This document shows positions 30,985-39,707 of a stretch of DNA of 64,000 nt, piece after piece (position 1 is the stretch's first letter; each line of letters starts with the position of its first letter). This DNA comes from Candidatus Poribacteria bacterium (GTDB lineage Bacteria; Poribacteria; WGA-4E; WGA-3G): the NCBI GenBank assembly GCA_965205015.1, contig OZ242029.1, forward strand, positions 4,288,001-4,352,000. The letters run 5' to 3'. The translations under genes and the position numbers were made by a program. The notes beneath the pieces are model-generated. The model had not been told where the DNA came from and ran no database searches. It saw nothing but the letters and a program-made list of their open reading frames with translations.

Positions 30985-31785
30985 TCACGGCTTGTGATCG
31001 GTATTAACAGGCGGTTCGTCGTTGCTAAGGAACCGCTCAATTGTGTTTCGCGTTGCCGGGCGCGTCCGGAAATCGGCAATCCACGGTTCACGGAAGTAAG
31101 CTTGCTTTTCACGCGGTAAAGCGGACAGAACTTCAGGCGGAATCGGTAGACGGTGCCAATGTGTTGCGAGATGCGCGTAGGCGTTTAGCACTGCGACACG
31201 CGGTGTCTCTCGTTGCCATACGGGACCGGCGTGACATAAGTTTTCCGTGAAGAAGATTGCACTGCCAGCAGGACATTCGTAGGTCATCAGAAACGGGCTC
31301 CGCTTCCCTTCTTCTAACGACATATGGTCAGGATGCATTGGGAAGTTGGATTTGTGACTACCGACTATAAAGTGCGTCCCACCATCCTTTTTGGAAATAT
31401 CTGTGAGTTCAAAGACAACACGCACCATTCCAGCGTGGATCCGTTCGTTGTTGACGCGATACCCGAAGATCGGATCACCTTGTCGCGGTCCACCCCCGTG
31501 GAGTTCACCGTGCCTCTGCCCTTTTTCACGCCAGACAGAGTAGGAGTGCTCTAACCGGATTTCGGGTCCGATAATTTCATGTAGGACCTCCAGAACTTTG
31601 GGGTGATCAATCAGAACGCTCGCAGGACCGCCCGGTACGGCACGGTGTTCCGGGGGTAAAGATTCTTTGTTGTGATGTATCTGGTCAATCTGATCAACAA
31701 TTGCCTCTACTTCGTCGCGTTCAAGGATCGCAGGACGAACGAGGAATCCAGTTAAGTCAAATCGAAATTTTTCTTCATCAGTCAT
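30985..31785 (-). CDS. Phytanoyl-CoA dioxygenase (PhyH) family Fe(II)/2-oxoglutarate enzyme
   Basis: FDLTGFL, LHGG, LTD....GGT..I.GSHK, AGSAIFFTENLCH, distal Arg (PRVAVL). Confidence 0.88.
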   Translation of the reverse strand: MTDEEKFRFDLTGFLVRPAILERDEVEAIVDQIDQIHHNKESLPPEHRAVPGGPASVLIDHPKVLEVLHEIIGPEIRLEHSYSVWREKGQRHGELHGGGPRQGDPIFGYRVNNERIHAGMVRVVFELTDISKKDGGTHFIVGSHKSNFPMHPDHMSLEEGKRSPFLMTYECPAGSAIFFTENLCHAGPVWQRETPRVAVLNAYAHLATHWHRLPIPPEVLSALPREKQAYFREPWIADFRTRPATRNTIERFLSNDEPPVNTDHKP

Positions 31786-31833
31786 GGGCTGGTATCTCCT
31801 ATGTTGTCTTTATGGTAAAGCGTAATTGGAAAA

Positions 31834-33186
31834 TTATGCCCAGCGTGGATTTCTACCGCCGAACCGCTGTTCGCTGATATTCCACAATTCCGATAAGCCA
31901 AGTTGCCGGATGTGTTCCAGCCCGGACAGACACGGATCGTTTACGCGGGTTAACCATCGTTGAAGTTCCGCTTCGAGTTCTGCGCGGAGATCTTGCGAAT
32001 CTTCATCGTCAATGAGGTTGTTCAACTGATACGGATCGTTGTCATTGTTGTAGAGGAGCCACCCCGTTCCGTCGTAATGACGGGCATAGGTGTAGCGATG
32101 TGTGCGGATGCCACGCCACTCGCGAATGCCGAAGTTGAAACCTTCGCTGCCGTGCAAAGGGACTTCAAGCAGCACGGATTGTGGTTCGTCAATTGTATTA
32201 CCGAGCATCGCTTCTGAGAGGTCGATACCCTCCACACCCTCTGGAATCGGCAAATCGCACAGCGACAACATCGAGGGCATAAAATCCACGAGGCTTAGCA
32301 GCGTATCGCGAGTAACACCGGCTGGAATTCTACGGGGCCAACGGATCATAAAGGGGATCCGGGCGGATTCTTCCCATGGACGTTCTTTCCTAACGTGTCC
32401 GTGGCTACCGAGCATATCGCCATGATCAGACGTATAGACAAGGATGGTATCGTCAGCGATACCGATGTCGTCGAGCGCAGCCATCAAACGTCCGAGATTT
32501 TCATCAAGAGCCGTGATATGCGCGTAGTAGCCGGAAAGATCCTCCCGTGTCTCTGGTGTGTCCACGGCGTTCGGACGTAACTGAATCTGATCCGGTGGAT
32601 ACATCTCCTTGTAACGTTCTGGCACGTGTGGGTATGGGTTGTGTGGCGGTCCCCAACTCATATAGAGGCAGAAGGGTTCATCGGCATGTTCTCGACAGTA
32701 TTCAATCGCTTTATCGGTTTGGAACTCCGGTTCGTAACCCTCAATCTGAAACCGATTGCCGTCAGAATCATGGTAAGGGGCATTGAAATAGTCGTGGTGG
32801 CAATTCCATCCGATCCAATAATCGAAACCGAAGCGCATCTCAGGTGTGATGAACTTGTCCCTCGGCATACCACCGAGGTGCCATTTCCCGATATAACCCG
32901 TGGCATAATCCGCTTCTTTGAAGACTTCCGCAATGCCGGTTTCCGTCAAAGGAAGTGGCAGATCGTTAGAAACGGCTTTGTGGTTCAAAGGGTATTTTCC
33001 CGTCATGAGGCATCCGCGTGCTGGCACGCATATCGGGACGTTCGTGAAGGTATTGGGAAAAAACATTCCCTCCTGTGCGAGTTGATCCATCACAGGCGTT
33101 TGGACTTGCGGGTTGCCTGCGCATCCGACATCACATTGGCGATGTTGGTCGCCGAAGACGAAGATTAAATTGGGTTTACGTTCCAT
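31834..33186 (-). CDS. Sulfatase (S1, Cys-type)
   Basis: KPNLIFVFGDQHR, CVPARGCLMTG (CxPxR), GYIGKWHLG, PPHNPY, TSDHG, RIPFMIRWP; start set at MERKPNL. Confidence 0.93.
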   Translation of the reverse strand: MERKPNLIFVFGDQHRQCDVGCAGNPQVQTPVMDQLAQEGMFFPNTFTNVPICVPARGCLMTGKYPLNHKAVSNDLPLPLTETGIAEVFKEADYATGYIGKWHLGGMPRDKFITPEMRFGFDYWIGWNCHHDYFNAPYHDSDGNRFQIEGYEPEFQTDKAIEYCREHADEPFCLYMSWGPPHNPYPHVPERYKEMYPPDQIQLRPNAVDTPETREDLSGYYAHITALDENLGRLMAALDDIGIADDTILVYTSDHGDMLGSHGHVRKERPWEESARIPFMIRWPRRIPAGVTRDTLLSLVDFMPSMLSLCDLPIPEGVEGIDLSEAMLGNTIDEPQSVLLEVPLHGSEGFNFGIREWRGIRTHRYTYARHYDGTGWLLYNNDNDPYQLNNLIDDEDSQDLRAELEAELQRWLTRVNDPCLSGLEHIRQLGLSELWNISEQRFGGRNPRWA

Positions 33187-33491
33187 TTTTTGTCCTGTTT
33201 GTATGATGTGGAGGCATTTCTTTACAGTTGAGGGGTTGGGTTTCACTCAGAAGGCGTATCGAGGTACGGTGTCCCCCGAAACTCTTGGAAAAATTCGGGG
33301 TGATACTCGACACGGTGATACAACTAATCGCCGCCGACATCAACGCATACGGCAACGGATACGTAACCGTTCGATATTTCCCACGATATTTCGTAGCAAG
33401 GAACACATACTCCGTGGTTTTGTTCAGCCCCACTTGAACAATGTGCCTTTTCGTTTCCATTATTTCCACTTGACTTGATAATCTCCCCATG

Positions 33492-35369
33492 TCATTGATT
33501 ACTAAAAGCGTTCGCAACCATCACAAGGTCCAAGATGTTCACAACGCCATCAGAATTGAGATCGGGTCCGGTGGAATCACTAAAAGCGTTCGCAACCATC
33601 ACAAGGTCCAAGATGTTCACAACACCATCAAAATTGAGATCCCCACGATAAGGGCTATTCACCATTTTTTGTAATTCTTCCCAGAATTCAGCATTTGAAT
33701 TGGTGCGATGCAGTATAGAAATCGCTTGTTGAACTTCAAAATGATTCTCATAATGATACCGGATGGTCGGAATCACGTCCACGTGCTTATACAGATCAAT
33801 ATGTACATTCATTATCTCATTTTCGAGTTCTACATATCGCGCTTCCGTCAAATACGTCAAGGGAGAGCCATAAGCACGCGACCCGTGAGAGAATAAGAAA
33901 TCCGTGATCGGGTGTGTATATCCCGAATCATCACCACGCGCGTAAAAAGCAACGTAAGACGCTGTGATTTCGTTAATCTTTTCGCCAGCAAATACAGTGC
34001 CCGGCATCGCTGCGATAAGTTCTTCATGTAAGAGCCTGTTCCCCTGAATTGGGGTTAATCCCTCAATCGGCTCAGCATTCGCGATGTAGTAGTTGACATC
34101 AAGATGAAAGGCATCAATGTTATATGTCGATTGCAGGTTTTTCAAGACGCGCACGTAGTGTTCTCTATAACTCGAACAGGCTGGATTGATATAGGCGGGG
34201 CCTCCGATATCCACTCCATATCCTGATATTCCGCCTCTTTGACCACGGTAGAGACAGGCGTTCCATTCGGCGTAACGCGGATGGGTTTGGGAAACAAACA
34301 GAAAACCTGTGTAGAGCATCACCCTAAACCCGCGTTGATGCGCAGCAGCTATAAACGTCGGCAAATCTTCTCTCACAGGATGGTCGGGCCACCCGCCGTC
34401 GAGCGTCTGACTAAAATTAGGCATCCAACCGCCCCGGCAGTAAAACAGGACATGTTTTGGGTCAATATGTTTCGCCACAAAGTCTAACATGGCAATGTAG
34501 TCCCTATGGAACGAACAATACATCACAACGAGTTGAATATCTTTCAGCCATGCGGGCCTGCGAGGTGCGCGCGTTTGGTTTCGCTTTATCAGGTCTTGGC
34601 GATATATCTCTGCAGGCACCCGCCAATCGCCCTGGTATGTATTCACTCGCCACGTTGTGGAAGTGACGTCTTGGTCAAAGGGAAAAAAGTTTTCTGTTAT
34701 AAACTCAAGTTCAAAGGCATCCGGGTGACGTGTGTAATTGAATCTGCTTAACCGATACTCCTCGTCCAGACTCATGATAGAACAACCGCCAGTATGCCCT
34801 TCAAGGATCGCGAGTCGCGCTTGCCACCCCAGACCTGGGCTATCGAAACTCCAATGTTGACGCGATTCAGCATTGATCCGTAGCCCCCCGTTCGCTGGCA
34901 CAATTACAGAGGCTTGACTATGATCTAAATTCCCAAAGCCCCAGCCGATAATCTCAATCCCCTTTGGATCAAAACCCTCCTGCTTGATGATGAGATCTTT
35001 CGTGAACTCGTCAATAGACACCCACAGGGTGAATGTCTTTGGACGACGTTCATCCCACTGTGCTGTAAGTTTCACTGTTAAGGGGGCACTCTTTTTAACT
35101 TCAAGGAAATCAGCATCTGCTATCCTTAAGTCATGATTGAGTCCGGCATAAGGTCTCTCTTCTGTGAGTGTTGTTCCTGGGCGTGTATAGGTTTCCTCGG
35201 TGAGTTTGTTGTGGCAGCGTGTGATGATACCGTTTTTTAGATGTATCTGATAGGTATCGGTCTCAGCGAAAATGTCGCCTTGTTCGCTCACCGTAAGCGA
35301 TGCGGGATAAGCAATGCTTAGCAAAACAAACAGCAATAGAAAGATAGACGTTATGAGTGTTTTCATCAA
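33492..35369 (-). CDS. Secreted GH-like TIM-barrel protein (DUF6259-like) with two C-terminal dockerin-type repeats
   Basis: Signal peptide; AAHQRGFRVMLY, YINPA, IDAFHLD; DLNFDGVVNILDLVMVANAF and DLNSDGVVNILDLVMVANAF, with near-identical DNA at about 33500-33640. Confidence 0.7.
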   Translation of the reverse strand: MMKTLITSIFLLLFVLLSIAYPASLTVSEQGDIFAETDTYQIHLKNGIITRCHNKLTEETYTRPGTTLTEERPYAGLNHDLRIADADFLEVKKSAPLTVKLTAQWDERRPKTFTLWVSIDEFTKDLIIKQEGFDPKGIEIIGWGFGNLDHSQASVIVPANGGLRINAESRQHWSFDSPGLGWQARLAILEGHTGGCSIMSLDEEYRLSRFNYTRHPDAFELEFITENFFPFDQDVTSTTWRVNTYQGDWRVPAEIYRQDLIKRNQTRAPRRPAWLKDIQLVVMYCSFHRDYIAMLDFVAKHIDPKHVLFYCRGGWMPNFSQTLDGGWPDHPVREDLPTFIAAAHQRGFRVMLYTGFLFVSQTHPRYAEWNACLYRGQRGGISGYGVDIGGPAYINPACSSYREHYVRVLKNLQSTYNIDAFHLDVNYYIANAEPIEGLTPIQGNRLLHEELIAAMPGTVFAGEKINEITASYVAFYARGDDSGYTHPITDFLFSHGSRAYGSPLTYLTEARYVELENEIMNVHIDLYKHVDVIPTIRYHYENHFEVQQAISILHRTNSNAEFWEELQKMVNSPYRGDLNFDGVVNILDLVMVANAFSDSTGPDLNSDGVVNILDLVMVANAFSNQ

Positions 35370-35481
35370 CTTTCCCCCATCTTTTTGTATAGATATTCAA
35401 GGTGTTCAGTAATTGAAGTTGCTCCCCAGTTCGGTAGCAGATCCGCTTGATGCGCGACAAGGACTTTTTTAATCGGACAAT

Positions 35482-36489
35482 CTACTGCATCCATGTATAA
35501 ATTTGGCGAAGGGCACCTTCACTCTTTGTCCACAACGTCCTTTTCAGTGGTGAAACGACCTTAGTGTAACTGGCGAAGTCTGTCCGGACGGCGCGATACT
35601 GTTCCTTATGCGCAATTAACCCTGTGTTTTCTGGTGGGGATGCCCCGAAATCCACCCATTCGTATTGGTCATGACACGCCCCTGTGATAATGTGGTGGAA
35701 AATCGCGTTGTTCGGACGGTATTTCAGGAACGCTGGCACAGAGGCTTCACACCACAACGTTACGGTCTTATTGAAGCGTAGGTAGAGCAGTCCTGCGATA
35801 ATCGTGTCGTGATATGTAGCGATAGCAAGGTTGGCGATTTTCCGTTTCAAGAGTGCCTGCATGAGTGCGCGCGGCTTCGGAGTGCCACCTAACCGTTTGA
35901 CTGTCATGAGATACATATCGTAAAAGGTGGATAAAGCCTCTTCACTATCTGTGTCCGTAACTGTCACACCCGATTTCTCTGCCTTTCTGACCGCGCCCCG
36001 CACCCGTTTGTTATAGGCGTGCCAGAGGGATTCAACATCTCCGTTCGTTTTCAAAAGATGTGTGAAGTGATCTGTCCGTGCGTAACCCATTTCGGCGAAG
36101 AGATCGCCGTCCGTCGCGGTGCGCTGCGGTGTCAGGGTCCAACGGATTTCACACCATCCCTTTGTCGCCGCTTCGGATTCGATGGATCTTATCAGTGTTT
36201 CGGGATTTATTTCCGCCCGTTCAATAAGGTGTATCCCCCCAAACAGATTCCACGGCATTGAATGCCAAAGACGGATGCCCGGTATCGGTTGAAAGACGAA
36301 TGCTGGCAGTCCTCCGATGACCGAATCCTGTTGCTTGATGAGCAGATAGACCGGCGTAAGTTGTTTGAATGCATCCGCTAATGTCTCTCGCCACGCGAGA
36401 CTTTGGAAAGCAGTCGTCTCTGGACATCGCCGAAGAACGGTATTCCACTTATCCTGATTTTGAGGGGTCAAGGGGTCTAAGGTGTACAC
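35482..36489 (-). CDS. FemAB-related GNAT family protein
   Basis: TAFQSLAW, RGAVRKAEKSGV, PNNAIFH.II, WVDFGAS, GLIAHKEQY. Confidence 0.8.
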   Translation of the reverse strand: MYTLDPLTPQNQDKWNTVLRRCPETTAFQSLAWRETLADAFKQLTPVYLLIKQQDSVIGGLPAFVFQPIPGIRLWHSMPWNLFGGIHLIERAEINPETLIRSIESEAATKGWCEIRWTLTPQRTATDGDLFAEMGYARTDHFTHLLKTNGDVESLWHAYNKRVRGAVRKAEKSGVTVTDTDSEEALSTFYDMYLMTVKRLGGTPKPRALMQALLKRKIANLAIATYHDTIIAGLLYLRFNKTVTLWCEASVPAFLKYRPNNAIFHHIITGACHDQYEWVDFGASPPENTGLIAHKEQYRAVRTDFASYTKVVSPLKRTLWTKSEGALRQIYTWMQ

Positions 36490-36497
36490 ATGCCTAT

Positions 36498-36620
36498 TAG
36501 CCGTCAGCGGTCAGCCATCAGCGGTCAGTAAAGAAAAAACGTTCCTGAAACGCTTGTGTCTTTACTGATGGAAACTGAAAGGGTTGCCTGGCAACCCGAC
36601 CTGACGGAAACCGATAGCCA
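36498..36620. repeat. Heptamer-ended inverted-repeat element
   Basis: tagccgtcagcggtcagccatcagcggtcagtaaaga ... tctttactga ... ctgacggaaaccgatagcca. Confidence 0.65.
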
Positions 36621-36631
36621 TTCCTATAGTG

Positions 36632-37570
36632 TTATGCCGCCAATGCCGCGAACAGTGCCTTGATGTAACCGACGGAATAAGCTAACCCAACATCGCCTTC
36701 TAATTTCGGGATGTGATCGGCATTGATACATCCGTCAAATCCGACCTTTTGAAGTTCTCGGACGATTTTGAAGGCGTTCATATCACCATCGTCAAGTAGG
36801 ACTTCCTCAAACGCTCCGGCTGTTGCGAGGCTACCGCGGACGTTCCGTAGATGAACCATGAAGATACGTCCTTTACGTCCGTAGTTATTGATTTCGTCGA
36901 GGACAATTGCACTACCGCCGGCTTCCGCCCGCGTGCCACAACAGTAAAGATAGCCGACGTTTCTGCTCGGGAAGGTATCGGTGACACGATGGAAACCGAG
37001 ACCGCCAAGCGGTGTGTCCGGGTTTGGAACATCTGAGGGATGAATAGCGAGTTTTATGTCGTATTCATCGGCGATAGGAACGAGTGCGCCGTAGACTTCG
37101 GTAAAACGTTTCCACCATTCGTCGAGGGATTCCATCGTTGGGATAGCGGGCGGATCTTGGGTTGCGGCACGGCTTTCCCCACGAGAAGTATAACCGCCCC
37201 GATGGACGGATGAATAACGCGTCATGAGATAGTCGAAGGTATCTCCCCAGAACCGTTGACGGGCAATAGGCACACCTGCTTCCGCGAAGACCCGGAGAGC
37301 GTTGCACGTATTATCTAATTCCTTTTCACCGTCGGGTTGACCCTGCATAAACTTTTCTGTGATGTTCGGGAGCGTGACACGGTTGATATCAAGTCCCCAA
37401 GAACGGATCCGCTTCTTAATTTTCAGGACTTCGTCCAAGTCAGGGTAGCCCTGTTCTTCAACTCCCGGAAAGGCGGTACCGCCTCCAAAGTCGATGCAAT
37501 CTGCCCCGAGTTGTGTAACCTGTTTGAGATAGTTATCAGAAAGTCCACCATCCCAGACTGAAATTTTCAT
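36632..37570 (-). CDS. uxuA: Mannonate dehydratase family protein
   Basis: LVPIADEYDIKLAIHPSDVP, YCCGT, IFMVHLRNV, FEEV..DDGD, ADHIP, AYSVGYIKAL. Confidence 0.8.
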   Translation of the reverse strand: MKISVWDGGLSDNYLKQVTQLGADCIDFGGGTAFPGVEEQGYPDLDEVLKIKKRIRSWGLDINRVTLPNITEKFMQGQPDGEKELDNTCNALRVFAEAGVPIARQRFWGDTFDYLMTRYSSVHRGGYTSRGESRAATQDPPAIPTMESLDEWWKRFTEVYGALVPIADEYDIKLAIHPSDVPNPDTPLGGLGFHRVTDTFPSRNVGYLYCCGTRAEAGGSAIVLDEINNYGRKGRIFMVHLRNVRGSLATAGAFEEVLLDDGDMNAFKIVRELQKVGFDGCINADHIPKLEGDVGLAYSVGYIKALFAALAA

Positions 37571-37643
37571 TTTTTTAATTTTCCTTTCCTAATACGACAA
37601 GGTCCGACTACCCCCCTTAAATTGATGTTATCTCCATTTGCGA

Positions 37644-38651
37644 TTAAAGGGGTAACGGGACGGGTTGTCCACTCTCAACAGATTGGTATGCGGCTAATGC
37701 GATTTCAGCTGCGGCGCGACCGTCTAATCCTGTAATGGGTGGCGGTGTACCGTTACGGATCGCGTCTACGAAGACGCGAATCTCTTCCTGAACCGGTGGT
37801 GGTACCTCGATATCTGCCACTTTAATCTCTCGTCCCTCACCTTCAAAAGGCTTAATCTGAATGGCTGCATCGCCGCCCCAGATCTGTGGAAAATAGATGG
37901 AACCGCCTTCACAATCGACGCGTCCGCCATACCCACCGACAGCAGAGACATGACTGGAGTGGAGCAATCCGACTGCTCCGTTCGCAAACTGCAAGGAGGC
38001 AAGCACTACATCGGGATAGTCGCTCTCGTCTGGTCCGTATTGTCCGCCAGCGGCATAGACAGCGGAGACATCCCCACAGGTCCACCGCATAAAGTCTATT
38101 TCATGGGCATTGATCTCCATAAGGGTCCCACCAGACTTCGCGCGCTCCAGTCGCCAGGGTGTGTGGCTGTACCCGCTACGCCAGGGGCCCCCGATACGAT
38201 GTACCATCATACAGACAGGTGCTCCAAGTTCGCCGCTCTGTACAATTTCTCGGACGGTGGAATGCGTTCCATAATAGCGACATACCAAACCGATCGTCAG
38301 TTTGACCCCGTTTTCCTCAGCGGCGGCAATCATCGCGTCGCAAGCCTCCAGCGTAGGTGCCATCGGTTTTTCGGAAAAGACGTGTTTGCCTGCGTTCGCG
38401 GCATCGACTGCCATCTGTGAGTGCATGAACGGCGGCGACGCGATCAGCACGGCACGAATCCGATCATCGCCGAGTAATTCGTGATAATCCAGTGTATAGG
38501 AGGTTCCGAGGTCTGTGGCAAGTTTTTCAGCCAGTGCTTCTTGAACATCACTAACGGAAATGACCTCTATTCCTTCAACGACGTGTGCGCTGGTGGCAAG
38601 GCTTCTGCCCATGCCACCGCATCCGATAACCCCAACTCCAATGATTTCCAT
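37644..38651 (-). CDS. Gfo/Idh/MocA family oxidoreductase
   Basis: GVIGCGGMG, AGKHVFSEKPM, SGGTLMEINAHEID. Confidence 0.92.
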   Translation of the reverse strand: MEIIGVGVIGCGGMGRSLATSAHVVEGIEVISVSDVQEALAEKLATDLGTSYTLDYHELLGDDRIRAVLIASPPFMHSQMAVDAANAGKHVFSEKPMAPTLEACDAMIAAAEENGVKLTIGLVCRYYGTHSTVREIVQSGELGAPVCMMVHRIGGPWRSGYSHTPWRLERAKSGGTLMEINAHEIDFMRWTCGDVSAVYAAGGQYGPDESDYPDVVLASLQFANGAVGLLHSSHVSAVGGYGGRVDCEGGSIYFPQIWGGDAAIQIKPFEGEGREIKVADIEVPPPVQEEIRVFVDAIRNGTPPPITGLDGRAAAEIALAAYQSVESGQPVPLPL

Positions 38652-38693
38652 TGCTAACTCCACGTTGTTTAACCGCAAGGTAAATTAAGAAAA

Positions 38694-39593
38694 CTATCTG
38701 CGTCTTGCTTTGATATGCCCCCATGTAACGCTCAATTTGCTTGCAGAAGGGCTGACATCCAGTCCTGTGGCATTCATGTTGTTCTCAACTTCTGCTGCAC
38801 TCAAAACACGATCGTAGATGCGGAATTCGTCAATATATCCCTGAATTGTATCGCAATCGCATCCATCTGATCTATCCCCAATGCCGAGGAGGAGTCCTCC
38901 CTTTGAAATCTTACCGCCCTTCATGGCGTATTTTTTTTCCTGTTTTCCGTTCACATAGTAGTGAACCGTTGCGCCATCATAGGTGCCTACGAGGTGCAAC
39001 CACTCCTCAAGTGGAATGTCCTCCAATACATTGTCCTGTGCTGCCACCGTTGATTTGCCACCGGCTCTGACGAAAAAACCGTGTTGGTTATCGTCATCGT
39101 CGTAATAGAGGCTCGCGACTGCGGTGTTCGCTGGCATGTCGTCAAGTGAGATGATCCGGTTCCAACTGTCGTCTAAGGCGTTGATATAGACCCAACATTC
39201 CAGAGTGATTTCCTCCCAATCCCGGTCGATTTTCGGGGGGGTTGAATCTTCAACGAGGAAACGGTCAACACTGCCATCAAAAAGGACGCACTCGCCGATT
39301 TTGCAATCGGCGGCAGGGGCAAGTTCGGGGTCACCATGAACAGCGGCAGCGAGTCCTGACAAGATATCTACCGCCTCTTTTTTAATTTTTACTGTGTCTT
39401 TGTCGAAGGACCAATAAGCGATTAAACCATCTTCAACTGCACCGACGATTGCGTCGGTAGGTTGTGCGTTCCATGTGAGGAACGCGAGAAGGAGAAGGGT
39501 GAATGCGCTTTTGGCATTCGCAAAGACTGTAAAAAACCGTGAATTTTCCACAAAATGTCTGTTCTGAAAACAGGGACTGTTTTTTGGACGCAT
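38694..39593 (-). CDS. Secreted LamG protein with C-terminal VSP...KLSVTWG..K tail
   Basis: LIAYWSFD, ITLECWV, WLHLVGTYDG, YYVNG, GYIDEFRIYDRVLS; GGGAGG RBS. Confidence 0.88.
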   Translation of the reverse strand: MRPKNSPCFQNRHFVENSRFFTVFANAKSAFTLLLLAFLTWNAQPTDAIVGAVEDGLIAYWSFDKDTVKIKKEAVDILSGLAAAVHGDPELAPAADCKIGECVLFDGSVDRFLVEDSTPPKIDRDWEEITLECWVYINALDDSWNRIISLDDMPANTAVASLYYDDDDNQHGFFVRAGGKSTVAAQDNVLEDIPLEEWLHLVGTYDGATVHYYVNGKQEKKYAMKGGKISKGGLLLGIGDRSDGCDCDTIQGYIDEFRIYDRVLSAAEVENNMNATGLDVSPSASKLSVTWGHIKARRR

Positions 39594-39613
39594 GATTCAT
39601 TCCCTCCCTATAT

Positions 39614-39706
39614 TGGTTATCGGTAGCTGGTAGATTATTGTAGTGGTTGCTATTGTTCATCTGCCACAAGTATCTCTGAAAGTTGATTGCTGACAGCTGA
39701 CGGCCA
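39614..39706. repeat. Degenerate heptamer-ended element
   Basis: tggttatcggt ... ctgacagctgacggcca. Confidence 0.45.
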
Positions 39707-39707
39707 T

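Noticed and set aside
33176-33517. Small minus-strand ORF (METKRHIVQVG...) between the dockerin gene and the sulfatase
   Set aside because: No recognisable motif or clear RBS; it could be a remnant but cannot be supported.
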